From Planctomycetota bacterium (GTDB taxonomy: Bacteria > Planctomycetota > SZUA-567 > H5-PLA8), in NCBI GenBank assembly GCA_036504595.1, contig DASXUX010000047.1, positions 66,662 to 130,661 on the forward strand: 64,000 nucleotides of DNA, given 5' to 3'. The notes below the pieces were generated by a model. That model was given only the letters and a program-made list of their open reading frames with translations. It was not told the DNA's origin and ran no database searches. The position numbers were made by a program, and so were the translations under genes. Below are positions 9,642 to 21,659 of the stretch, in pieces. Every line of letters begins with the position of its first letter. Position 1 is the stretch's first letter.

Positions 9642-12600
9642 ATGCTCTTTCCTGCCTCCTGCTTCCAGCCTCCTGCCTCCCGCTTTTTCCTCTGCGTCCT
9701 CTGCGTCCTCTGCGGTGAGCTTCTCTCGGGTGAACAAATCGGTGTGCGGCCGTATGAACTGGACTGGGCCAATCGCACGGAGGACGAACACCCGGCCTTG
9801 GTGAACTTTGAAAACTTGGACGGCTGGAAAGTGGAATGCCGCGAAGCCGAGGCGAAGTTCGAGCGGACGCGCGAGCAGCAGATCTGGGGACAGTATGTGG
9901 GGAAGCTCACGTACCGCGGCACGGGAAACAACCCGCAGGTCAAAATTCTGCCGCCGGCGCCGGTGAAGATTTCGGCGGCGTTCGATGCGGTGACGTGCTG
10001 GATCTACGGCAACAACTGGGGCTGGACGCACGATCCGGAGACGCCGCAGGTCAGCGTTGCGGCGCTGTTCGACGATTCGGAGGGCAAGGAGTTCAGCATC
10101 CCGCTGGCTCACGTGAATTGGACGGAGTGGCATCTGTGCCACCGGCGGTTGACGCCCGAACAGATTGCGCGCGTGAACAAAGGCGCGGCGTTCAAGGGGT
10201 TCACAATCACCGGCGGAAAGAATCAGAAAGACCGCGCGCTGTTCTTCGACAACCTCGCAGTGTTCACCGAAAAGTTCGAACCGTTGTCGTTTCAGCCGCG
10301 GCCGGAGCGCGGGATTGCGATGTTCCCGGGGCAGAGCGCCGGAGCGAACACGGGGCCGGGGAAGCTGCCGTTTCCGACGCGGCCAGAGACGATCCTGCCG
10401 AGCAACTTAATGAAGGACTTCAAGAACGCGATCGAAAAGGACCGCGATGCTTTTCTCTTCAAGTACGACGGCAGCGATGGAAAGCTCGTTTATCGTTTCT
10501 GGCCGCGCAGCGGAATGTTGACGGACATCACGGCGCAATGGGTTGGCCACGCTGAGGCCATTGTTCCCTGCGCTGGCGGCGGGATTCGCTTTCAAACGAA
10601 GGAAGGCGTGGCGGCGCCGCGCGTTTCGGCTCATCTTGGGACGGAACAAAAAGGAGAGACGGTTGAGTCGCGCTGGCAACTGAAGGCCGGCGAGACGGCA
10701 GCGGACGTCACTTACGTCTTTCGCATCTGGGGCAAGTCGCTGGTCGTGGATGTGCTCGCGCCAGGTGGCCTGATTGAGAGCGTGCAGTTCGGCCGCGCGA
10801 CGGGCCTGCAGAATCCGCGCCTGGTGACGGTGCCGTACTATCTTTATGGCGGAACGCGGCCGGCGATTGTTGTCAGTGGGCAACCCGAGATGCCGCTCTT
10901 TCTGGCGGGGCATAGCGATTGGTGTCTTTCCAACGCGTCAACTCTTTGGGCTGCGAACGCGGTTGAAGCCAGCGGCGTAACGTACAACGGCGGGACGCGA
11001 TACATTCCAAAGACCGACGGCAAGCGCAACGATTGTTTTGAGCGCTTCTTCATTACGGTGTCGCCGCGCTTTGAAGAAGTGCTGCCGAACATTCCCAATC
11101 CAGTCTCGCCATGGAAGAAGGTCACCGGCACCAGAGTCTGGCGCGCTCACGGAGCCAGCAATCGCGAGGCGGACGTGAAGCACTGGACCGAGGCGCACCG
11201 CTACGGCATGACGGAACTGGTCATTACCGATCACGAAACGATGTGGCGCGACGGCGGGGAGAGCTTCACGTTCCGCACCAAGGCCGCTCCGAAAAAGGGC
11301 GGCGACGAAGGCGCGAAAGCCTATTCGCGGACGATGCAGGACAAACTGGGCTTCGTTTATGGCCCGTACAACAACTTCACCGATTTTGCGCCGGTCAATG
11401 AATTCTGGAGCACCGATATGGTGTCGCGGAGCTCTGACAATCAACTTCAGCATGCGTGGATGAGATGCTACGCGCCCAAGCCGGCTCGCGCGGTGGAGTA
11501 CTGCGCGAAGCTCTCGCCAATAAATCAAAGCAAGTTCGGCTTCAGCACGGCGTATTGCGATGTGCACACGGCGGTCACGCCGTGGGAGCGCGTCGATTAT
11601 GACGCTCGCGTGTCGGGCGCGGGAACGTTCGCGGCGGTGTTCTATTCGTTCGGCGAAATCATGCTGCTGCAGAAAGAGGCGTGGAAAGGGCCGGTTTATT
11701 CCGAAGGCAACAACCACTTTGAATACTGCGGGCTGACTGACGGCAATTACGCGCAGGACCAGAATTATCGGATCAGCACGCATCCGTGGCTGGTTGATTT
11801 CGATCTGCTGAAGCTGCATGAACTGTGCTGCAACTTCGGCATGGGCAACCCGGACATGTTCTATTGCAGCGATCCGAAAGATCCCGAGATGGATCGCTTT
11901 CTCGCCGCGACTGTCGCCTTCGGCCACCCGGGATTCCTGATGTACGAAGGCGGAATGAAGAACGCACTCAAGAGCTACTACATGCTTCAACAACTGCACA
12001 GCCGTTACGCGCTTTCGAGCGCGAAGGAGATTCGTTACGCGGACGCCAAAGGAAAATTTTTCGAGACGAGCGCCGCCATTGCGAACGGCGTGTTCGAGCG
12101 CTCACAGATCGTGACGCGCTATTCCGACGGAACGATCACGGGCGTGAACGGGCATCCGAGCGAGCGGCTGGTTGTCGAAGCGTTCGGCCGCAAGCTGGAT
12201 CTGCCGCCGAATGGGTATGCGGGGTGGACGGAAGACGGAAAGATCGACGTGTTCAGCGGCGATAGGGACGGACACCGCTGCGATTTCGCCTTTACTCCGG
12301 CGTACATCTACGTCGATGGGCGCGGGGAGTTCACACGTTTTCATCTGAAAGCTGATGCGGACGAGAAAGACTCCGCGCTGGCCGCTTCAAACGGAATCGG
12401 TATCTGCCGGATTTTGCCAGATAACTACGAGATTGTTCCGTTCCAGAATGCCGATTGCGGCTTTGCGATTCCGGTCAAAGATGCTGTGGCCCTCGACAAG
12501 GACGGAAAGGAACTCGGGCCGGCGACGCTGCGGGTTGCGCGCGGCCTGACGTATGTCCTTCCGGTGCAAGGGGCGTTCAGCTACAAGCTCAGCAAGGGCG

Positions 12601-13562
12601 ATGAGCAGGCTAAATCAGCGCTGAAGTGCGAGCGTGATCATGTGGTGCCCGGCGAGAAGGTGACTATTCGCGGCAAGAAGGATCATGTTCTGGAAGTTCC
12701 GCAGACTGCCAAGCCGGGCGCGCGCATCTGGCAGGAGTTCGAGAAGGAGTGGATCGATTTCACGGTCGTGCCGCTGGTCACAGCCGATGTGGGTTTGGAT
12801 GGCAACACACTGAAGCTTGCATTGAACAGCCATCTGGCCAAAGGTGAGGAGTTCACGCTTTCCGTCGGCAAGCACGAACAGAAACTGTCGCTGAAGCCGG
12901 GCAAGATCACGACGGCGACGGTCGATCTCGGCAAACCCGAAACCGAGTCGGACGAAATGCTGAAAATCATGCTCCAAGCGGGCGAGATGAGCCTGCAACT
13001 TGAGCGCGCATTGCACACACGCTTGGGGCTGCGGACGCTGGCGAAGCTGCCGGAGCGCTGGCGCGCGGGGATGCGCGTGCGCGGACAGGACGAGCGCTTC
13101 GATTTCGGGGAATCGCACGGTTACGTGCGCGCGGGTGCCGGCGCATGTGGCGGCGTCTCGCGCAACGGGCTGACGATGCATCCGCCATATCAGGGCGGGG
13201 TGGGGTATAGCTTTGCGCTCTACGATCCGCAGACGCTGCCGAAAGAGCCGGCGGCATTTCGAGCGTATGTCGGGAAGATCGACGGCGGCGATTTGGGCGA
13301 CGGGATTCTTTACAAAGTTGCGGTCGTGGACGATCGCGGCGAGGAGAAAACTGTTTCCGAGCAGACCGTCACCAAACACGAATGGCTGCCGATCGAAGCG
13401 GACCTTTCGCCGTGGGCCGGCAAGCGCGTGAGCATCAAGCTGATTGCGGACGTGGGCGTGAAGGACAATTCAAGCGGCGATTGGGCCTGCTGGGCGGAAA
13501 TGCGGATTGAAGATGGTCAGAAACGGCTGATCAGGACGTTGGAGGAGAAGAAACAGCAGTAG
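9642..13562 (+). CDS. very large (1306 aa) secreted protein of unknown function, possibly glycoside-hydrolase-like
   Basis: Single long ORF with coding-like composition. No family recognised with certainty. The N-terminal 26 codons are encoded by intergenic-type word repeats. Confidence 0.75.
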   Translation: MLFPASCFQPPASRFFLCVLCVLCGELLSGEQIGVRPYELDWANRTEDEHPALVNFENLDGWKVECREAEAKFERTREQQIWGQYVGKLTYRGTGNNPQVKILPPAPVKISAAFDAVTCWIYGNNWGWTHDPETPQVSVAALFDDSEGKEFSIPLAHVNWTEWHLCHRRLTPEQIARVNKGAAFKGFTITGGKNQKDRALFFDNLAVFTEKFEPLSFQPRPERGIAMFPGQSAGANTGPGKLPFPTRPETILPSNLMKDFKNAIEKDRDAFLFKYDGSDGKLVYRFWPRSGMLTDITAQWVGHAEAIVPCAGGGIRFQTKEGVAAPRVSAHLGTEQKGETVESRWQLKAGETAADVTYVFRIWGKSLVVDVLAPGGLIESVQFGRATGLQNPRLVTVPYYLYGGTRPAIVVSGQPEMPLFLAGHSDWCLSNASTLWAANAVEASGVTYNGGTRYIPKTDGKRNDCFERFFITVSPRFEEVLPNIPNPVSPWKKVTGTRVWRAHGASNREADVKHWTEAHRYGMTELVITDHETMWRDGGESFTFRTKAAPKKGGDEGAKAYSRTMQDKLGFVYGPYNNFTDFAPVNEFWSTDMVSRSSDNQLQHAWMRCYAPKPARAVEYCAKLSPINQSKFGFSTAYCDVHTAVTPWERVDYDARVSGAGTFAAVFYSFGEIMLLQKEAWKGPVYSEGNNHFEYCGLTDGNYAQDQNYRISTHPWLVDFDLLKLHELCCNFGMGNPDMFYCSDPKDPEMDRFLAATVAFGHPGFLMYEGGMKNALKSYYMLQQLHSRYALSSAKEIRYADAKGKFFETSAAIANGVFERSQIVTRYSDGTITGVNGHPSERLVVEAFGRKLDLPPNGYAGWTEDGKIDVFSGDRDGHRCDFAFTPAYIYVDGRGEFTRFHLKADADEKDSALAASNGIGICRILPDNYEIVPFQNADCGFAIPVKDAVALDKDGKELGPATLRVARGLTYVLPVQGAFSYKLSKGDEQAKSALKCERDHVVPGEKVTIRGKKDHVLEVPQTAKPGARIWQEFEKEWIDFTVVPLVTADVGLDGNTLKLALNSHLAKGEEFTLSVGKHEQKLSLKPGKITTATVDLGKPETESDEMLKIMLQAGEMSLQLERALHTRLGLRTLAKLPERWRAGMRVRGQDERFDFGESHGYVRAGAGACGGVSRNGLTMHPPYQGGVGYSFALYDPQTLPKEPAAFRAYVGKIDGGDLGDGILYKVAVVDDRGEEKTVSEQTVTKHEWLPIEADLSPWAGKRVSIKLIADVGVKDNSSGDWACWAEMRIEDGQKRLIRTLEEKKQQ
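9651..9719. repeat. CCTGCCT-family heptamers (9651-9683) followed by CTCTGCG-family array (9689-9719), inside the annotated 5' end of the 1306-aa ORF
   Basis: cctgcct cctgctt ccagcct cctgcct cccgc ... cctctgcgtcctctgcgtcctctgcggtgag. Confidence 0.8.
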
Positions 13563-13592
13563 GCTGTGGCAGTAAGCAGGTGGCAGGAACGG
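13563..13592. repeat. CCTGCCT-family array in reverse orientation, directly after the stop of the 1306-aa ORF
   Basis: gctgtggcagtaagcaggtggcaggaacgg is the reverse complement of ...cctgcca cctgctt actgcca cagc. Confidence 0.7.
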
Positions 13593-13627
13593 GGAACTGC
13601 GCCTTGGGCGCAAACCTAACCCCCCGG

Positions 13628-13652
13628 CCCCCTTCCCTCGGAGGGAAGGGGG
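13628..13652. repeat. near-perfect palindrome CCCCCTTCCCTC-G-GAGGGAAGGGGG
   Basis: Read directly. A 12-bp-stem hairpin, preceded by the small hairpin tgcgcc-ttg-ggcgca. Confidence 0.75.
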
Positions 13653-13726
13653 AGATGGGGATACGATAGCTCTCTTCAATTGCTGCCGATGGACAAAAAG
13701 CAGTGTGTAGAGTACATTATAAAGCG

Positions 13727-14086
13727 ATGAGTATTGCGCGCTCCACTCACCTGAAGGTTGGCGCACCGGCTGTGGTGATGCTCGCGACGATTGTCAACGT
13801 CGCGGTGGGAGATACTGCGTGCGCGGCGGCGCTGTCGGCTCAGCCGTGCCGGCCCGATCTGTCGTGGGCGCTCAAGGGCGGGGCCACGCATGCGGCTCAG
13901 TCCACGCGCGTGCTCATGGCGCGCAAAGCGGCGACGCAGATCCGTTCACTGGATGCGGACGCGGTTCCAGCGGCAGCGTGCTCACCCCAGATTGCCATTC
14001 TTCCCGAAGTGCCCAGCGCGGCAAGCGCCCAGCTTGCGCCCGCGGCCGATCATCGCACCAGCACCTATCAGCACTCAGCCCCGTAA
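13727..14086 (+). CDS. possible small Ala-rich secreted protein (hypothetical)
   Basis: ORF track 13703-14086, with an internal ATG giving MSIARSTHLKVGAPAVVMLATIVNVAVG. GC-rich third positions look coding. No homolog recognised. Confidence 0.3.
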   Translation: MSIARSTHLKVGAPAVVMLATIVNVAVGDTACAAALSAQPCRPDLSWALKGGATHAAQSTRVLMARKAATQIRSLDADAVPAAACSPQIAILPEVPSAASAQLAPAADHRTSTYQHSAP

Positions 14087-14090
14087 CTTC

Positions 14091-14191
14091 AATGATGAAT
14101 GCTGAATGATGAATGCGGAATGGGCGGAAGCGAAACCCGCCGTCCGTGTCATCGTTCATTATTCATCATTCCGAATTCCTCATTCATCATT
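14091..14191. repeat. inverted pair of AATGATG-family heptamer arrays (arms 14091-14123 and 14153-14191) 19 nt upstream of the secA ATG
   Basis: aatgatg aatgctg aatgatg aatgcgg aatgg opposite cgttcattattcatcattccgaattcctcattcatcatt. Confidence 0.8.
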
Positions 14192-14209
14192 GAATAAAGG
14201 GACTGGGCT

Positions 14210-17624
<3,415 letters not shown>

Positions 17625-17626
<2 letters not shown>

Positions 17627-17668
17627 GGCGGCTTGAGGCTTGAGACTTGAGGCTTGAGTGTGAGGTCG
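17625..17668. repeat. heptamer array GCTTGAG x about 5, starting at the secA stop codon
   Basis: gaggcg gcttgag gcttgag acttgag gcttgag tgtgagg tcgg. Confidence 0.8.
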
Positions 17669-17682
17669 GAAGCGGAGCAGTA

Positions 17683-17725
17683 GAGCCGTGTTGCCTGAAG
17701 GGGTGACACGGCTCTTTTCTTTTTG
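17683..17725 (+). terminator. intrinsic terminator of secA
   Basis: Stem gagccgtgt / acacggctc (9 bp) followed by ttttctttttg. Confidence 0.7.
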
Positions 17726-17740
17726 GGAACGGATTGCACG

Positions 17741-17780
17741 ACTTCAACACAGAGGCGCAGAGGACACGGAGGTCACAGAG
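17741..17780. repeat. CACAGAG-family array overlapping the stop of the 17773-19224 gene
   Basis: acttcaacacagaggcgcagaggacacggaggtcacagag. Close relative of 8347-8387. Confidence 0.75.
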
Positions 17781-19224
17781 AAGAGCTTTGGGTCTTGATC
17801 TGGGGTTTGGAGCGCACTCGAAGCTGCCTTCGGTCGGTGGCGGTGCTCCAGTAGAGGGCGCAGGAGAGGACGGCGGCGAGCCAGAATTCGGCGAGGGTGA
17901 GAATGCCCCAATACGAACCGGAGCGGCGGCGGGACCAGATGTGCATGTTGCCGAGGGCGTCGCCGAAGATGAGTTTGTCAGTGCCGGCGTAGAGGGCGCT
18001 GGTGGCTTTCGTTTGCGCCGGGAACGCGAGGGGTTTGCCGGTCTTGAGATCCCAGATGCGGGCTGAACCTGGGGTGAAGGTGACGACTTCGCGCGCGTCG
18101 GGAGAGAAGGAGCCGAACCCTCCCTCAAAAAGCATTTCACCTAGTTGATGCGTAAGATCATAGACGTACGTGCGCGACATATCTGTGCCAGAGACGGCGC
18201 CCCAGCGACTGTCCGGTGAGAACTCGACAATGCCCATGCTCGCGGGACTGAATGCCGCCACTTCGCCACGCTTGTCTAGATCAATGACTGACAATCGCGA
18301 ACCATGTTCAGCCGCCACAAGGCGACCTTGGGGCGAAAAGTGGATGGAATCTGCCCAGTACGCAAACACGCGTTTTCCCGTCACGGTGTCAAGGAAAGCG
18401 GTGCGCGAACTCCTGATCGAGCGAACGGCAATACGAGTGCCGTTGGCCGACCATTCCACCGGAGTGCCCGGTTCGGAGAGCTTGATGCGTTCGCCGGTTT
18501 CGATGTTCTCAATGGTGTCGTAAAGGATGCCTGGCGCATCCGCATCTTCATCCACGGACGGTGGGAGCACAATTCGCTTACCGTCTGGCGAGAGCCGCGA
18601 AACGAGAACGCCGGTATACTTGCGGGTTTCGATTTTGCGGCCGGTCTGCGCGTCCCAGACGTTGAGTGGGATCTTCCAGGGGGCTATTTGACCACTAGGT
18701 GTGAGTCTGAAGGCGTATCCCATCTGAGGCGTATAGACGCGCAAACCGTCGGCAGTGAAGGCCAGTTTTTCAAGGCTGTCCAGATCCTCCAGTTTCGCCA
18801 ATTCACGCCCGCTCAGCGTTTCGCTGATGACGGCGGTTGTGTCGGACGTGTAGGTGAGAATGCGCTGGCCGTCTTGCGAGCGGGCGGCGAAACCGGAGAT
18901 GGTGCGTTCGAGTGCCCAAGGTTCCCATCGCCACCACAGGCCGCCGAGGGCTCCGACAAGGAGAACGACGATGAGCAGGGTGCGGAGCGAGAATTGGGAT
19001 TTTCTCATGAAGTAAAGCGCAAGAGCCATGAGCGGGACGGCGTACCAGACTTTGACGACGGCTTTGGCGAGGTTCAACCAAAGGAGGAGCGCGGGCGAAA
19101 GAGATTGAGACGGGATTTGGCCGACGAGGCGCTCGAGTTCCGGCACGGCGAAGAAGCCGAGAAGCATCATCGCGGCTGCGCAAAGGAGCAGCGGGCGGAG
19201 GAAGCGGCGGGTGTCGATGGCCAT
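17773..19224 (-). CDS. membrane-anchored beta-propeller (WD40/TolB-like repeat) protein, hypothetical
   Basis: N-terminal TM segments (LLLCAAAMMLLGFFAV and others), repeated beta-strand-rich units with SPDG/SPQG motifs, and a C-terminal TM (YWGILTLAEFWLAAVLSCALYW). ATG 19224 preferred over the track start 19278. Confidence 0.65.
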   Translation of the reverse strand: MAIDTRRFLRPLLLCAAAMMLLGFFAVPELERLVGQIPSQSLSPALLLWLNLAKAVVKVWYAVPLMALALYFMRKSQFSLRTLLIVVLLVGALGGLWWRWEPWALERTISGFAARSQDGQRILTYTSDTTAVISETLSGRELAKLEDLDSLEKLAFTADGLRVYTPQMGYAFRLTPSGQIAPWKIPLNVWDAQTGRKIETRKYTGVLVSRLSPDGKRIVLPPSVDEDADAPGILYDTIENIETGERIKLSEPGTPVEWSANGTRIAVRSIRSSRTAFLDTVTGKRVFAYWADSIHFSPQGRLVAAEHGSRLSVIDLDKRGEVAAFSPASMGIVEFSPDSRWGAVSGTDMSRTYVYDLTHQLGEMLFEGGFGSFSPDAREVVTFTPGSARIWDLKTGKPLAFPAQTKATSALYAGTDKLIFGDALGNMHIWSRRRSGSYWGILTLAEFWLAAVLSCALYWSTATDRRQLRVRSKPQIKTQSSSL

Positions 19225-19340
19225 AGCTGTAGGATACAACGAGCGACGGGGCGAAAAAAATCGCGAAAAATGAAGCAACCTTTCGAAGGGCAGAGCGTTC
19301 TATATAAGGAGGATGTTTGGGGGTGGCGGCTGCGCCGGGA

Positions 19341-19499
19341 ATGCACATGTGCACTCTTGGACAGAAGAACGGCAGGGTTCGGGGTCCAGGGGTCGGGGTT
19401 CAGGGTTGGCAAGCGAGAGTTGTGACGCACTTGTGCAGTTCTGGACAAAAGAAGGGCAGGGTTCAGGGCGGACAATTTAGCAAAATGTCCTACGATGCG
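19341..19499. repeat. two copies of a composite element: palindrome TGCACATGTGCA or variant, a GGACAGAAGAA segment, a GTTCAGG heptamer array, and GGACA-N11-TGTCC
   Basis: Reverse-complement relatives of the 54951-55375 units. TGCACATGTGCA at 19342-19353 and ggacaatttagcaaaatgtcc at 19470-19490. Confidence 0.75.
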
Positions 19500-19539
19500 A
19501 AAAGTTGTAACGCGGCATGAAGCGTGATAGGTTGTAGTA

Positions 19540-19602
19540 GCGTAATCCTCCTGGATTGCGACCGATGCGCTGGGTGCGCGACGCAATCCGGGAGGATTGC
19601 GC
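19540..19602. repeat. inverted pair of GCAATCC-N3-GGATTGC mini-hairpin elements
   Basis: gcgtaatcctcctggattgcg (19540-19560) and cgcaatccgggaggattgcgc (19582-19602). Related single copies at 22819-22838 and 33476-33496. Confidence 0.75.
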
Positions 19603-19622
19603 CACAAAGAGGGGGCGCGACG

Positions 19623-20993
19623 ATGACCAGTATGGCGGTGGCCTCCACGGACTGTTTTTGGGCGCGGGAGAAACTGCGCGGGTTTGCGGCGCGGGCGTTG
19701 GCGCGGCTGCGGACGCAGATCGCCATCGATGCGACATTCGTGGTGTTCGCGGCATCGCTTTGCCTGCTGGTTATTGCGATTTTCCTGGACCGCCTGCTGT
19801 CGCTATCACGCGTCGGGATCAACATCTGGATTATCTGGGGCGGGATTTCGGCGTTGGGGATTCCATACATTCTCTGGCGAACGTATACGCCGCGTCTGCA
19901 TCAGGCTTTGGCGGCGGTGCTGGCCGACGATCGTATGGGCCTCAACGCGCGGCTCTGCACGGCGCTGAGCCTGGACCTGGAAGACCCGGCGGTCGCGCCA
20001 TTCAGCGAGCCATTTTTCGCGGAGGCGCTGGAGAAGCTGCAACGGCTGGATGTCGAGCGCGCGTTTCCAATTCGTGTGCCGCGCTTCTGGGCGTTGCTGC
20101 TGATTCCGGCGTTCACCGCGTTTGGTCTGCACCACTTCATGGAGTATCAGGATCAGCTTGGCCTGGAAGCCCGGCGCGAGCAGCGTCGCAAAGCCGAGGA
20201 GGTTCGGCAGAAAGCGGCGTCGGCTCTGGAAGGCAAGCTGGAGGACATGAAGAAGAAGATCGAGGACCGCCCCGATCAGGCCGGCGGGAACTTCAAAGTC
20301 AACCAGCTCATGAAGCAAGCCGACCAGATCGTGAAAGACTTGAAGGAAGGCAACCGCGACGCGAATGAGGCGCTGCTGGCGCTGGGGCAGCTCAAGCGCG
20401 AGATCGAGCAAGAGAAGGACAAGATCGCCGAAGGCAAAGAGTTCATGGATCGCATGAAGAAGCTCCAGGACAAGAACCTGAATTTGGACGATGGCGATCT
20501 GACAAAGGCTGTTTCGGAAGCGCTGAAGATGGGCGATCCCGGCGCGGCGGCGCGGCAACTGCGCAAGATGGCCAACGAACTGCGCAAAGACATCCTCGAC
20601 AATCCGAACAAGACCGACGCGCAGAAGCAGGCGGAGCTTGAAAAGCTGAAGAAGGAAGTCGAGAAACTCGCCGGCGCGCTGGCCGAAGACGAAGCGTTGC
20701 GCCAGAACCTGCGCGAGCTTTCTGAAAAAGTGATGGGCGCGGCGGAGTTCGAAAAGCTGAGGGAGGAACTGAAGAAGCAGGCAGAAAAGGAAGGCAAGGG
20801 CGCCGACAAGAAGATGGACGAGATCGGCAAGCAAATCGAGAAAGTGGCCGAGGAGCTGGAGCGCCTGGAAGAAGACGACGACGTGGCTTTGAACGAAAAC
20901 GAAAAGAACGAGATGGATCAGCTCGACAACATGGAGGACGGCGTGGATGACGCCATGGACGGGCTGGCTCAAAACGAACCCGGAGGTGGGTGA
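19623..20993 (+). CDS. two-TM membrane protein with long K/E-rich coiled-coil region, ending at an in-frame TGA
   Basis: Track ORF 19524-20993. ATG 19623 (MTSMAVAST) avoids the upstream hairpin repeats. TM helices IAIDATFVVFAASLCLLVIAIFL and INIWIIWGGISALGIPYILW. Confidence 0.7.
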   Translation: MTSMAVASTDCFWAREKLRGFAARALARLRTQIAIDATFVVFAASLCLLVIAIFLDRLLSLSRVGINIWIIWGGISALGIPYILWRTYTPRLHQALAAVLADDRMGLNARLCTALSLDLEDPAVAPFSEPFFAEALEKLQRLDVERAFPIRVPRFWALLLIPAFTAFGLHHFMEYQDQLGLEARREQRRKAEEVRQKAASALEGKLEDMKKKIEDRPDQAGGNFKVNQLMKQADQIVKDLKEGNRDANEALLALGQLKREIEQEKDKIAEGKEFMDRMKKLQDKNLNLDDGDLTKAVSEALKMGDPGAAARQLRKMANELRKDILDNPNKTDAQKQAELEKLKKEVEKLAGALAEDEALRQNLRELSEKVMGAAEFEKLREELKKQAEKEGKGADKKMDEIGKQIEKVAEELERLEEDDDVALNENEKNEMDQLDNMEDGVDDAMDGLAQNEPGGG

Positions 20994-21080
20994 CCCAACG
21001 GCGGCCAGGGGCAAGCCGGGTGCTCGCCCAACGGACAGCAAGGCGGACAGCAGGGCGGAAAACAAGCTGGCAAGCGTGCG

Positions 21081-21590
21081 ATGAAGGGCAAGCAGGGCAA
21101 GAAGCTCGCGCAAGGCGGCCAGCAAGGCGGGGCGAAACGAAATCAAGGCGGGCAAGACAACCAGGACGGCGACAAGGGACAAAAGCAGGGTAAGCCGGGC
21201 AACGGCCTTGGCGGCGGGCCAGGAATGGGCGCGCGGCCGTATCGCGACATCGCCGATCCGGGCTTCAAAGGCGAACACTTGAAGGGAGACATGCAGAACG
21301 GGGCGATCACGAGCTTGTCGCATTTCCGCGGACAGGGTGCGAAGAGCGACGCGCCGGCGGAGTTCGTCAAGTATCTGGACTCTGTGGAAAAGGACCCGGC
21401 CAGTTCGCTGGAGCTCGAACGCGTCCCGCGTGACGCTCGCGACGTGGTGCAAGACTATTTCTTGAACGTGAAGAAGGGCGCGGGAATTCAGCCGCCGCCG
21501 CCCGTTGCGCCGCCGCAAGCTCCGCAGCCGAAGGCTGAGCCCGCACCGAAGGCGCCGGCGGGGCCGGCGAAAGAGGCGTTGAAAGAATAG
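21081..21590 (+). CDS. Gly/Gln/Lys-rich protein, probably the C-terminal continuation of 19623-20993
   Basis: Same reading frame as the upstream ORF (both starts are 0 mod 3). Codons 20994-21080 are open with matching G/Q-rich composition. No Shine-Dalgarno site before ATG 21081. Confidence 0.5.
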   Translation: MKGKQGKKLAQGGQQGGAKRNQGGQDNQDGDKGQKQGKPGNGLGGGPGMGARPYRDIADPGFKGEHLKGDMQNGAITSLSHFRGQGAKSDAPAEFVKYLDSVEKDPASSLELERVPRDARDVVQDYFLNVKKGAGIQPPPPVAPPQAPQPKAEPAPKAPAGPAKEALKE

Positions 21591-21632
21591 AAGGGGAGAA
21601 AAGGAGAAGGGGAGACGGGGAGACGGGGGAAA
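21590..21632. repeat. purine-rich 7-8-mer array GGGGAGA
   Basis: gaagggg agaaaag gagaagg ggagacg gggagac gggggaa, followed by hairpin gcgaagca-aacagac-tgcttcgtgc (21634-21659) between convergent genes. Confidence 0.75.
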
Positions 21633-21659
21633 CAGCGAAGCAAACAGACTGCTTCGTGC

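Noticed and set aside
20991-20993. Selenocysteine or genome-wide TGA recoding as the explanation for the in-frame TGA
   Set aside because: The TGA lies in a Gly/Gln-rich low-complexity linker, not a redox motif. I saw no convincing SECIS-like hairpin immediately downstream. TGA terminates secA (17624-17626) normally. Kept only as a minor alternative in the finding.
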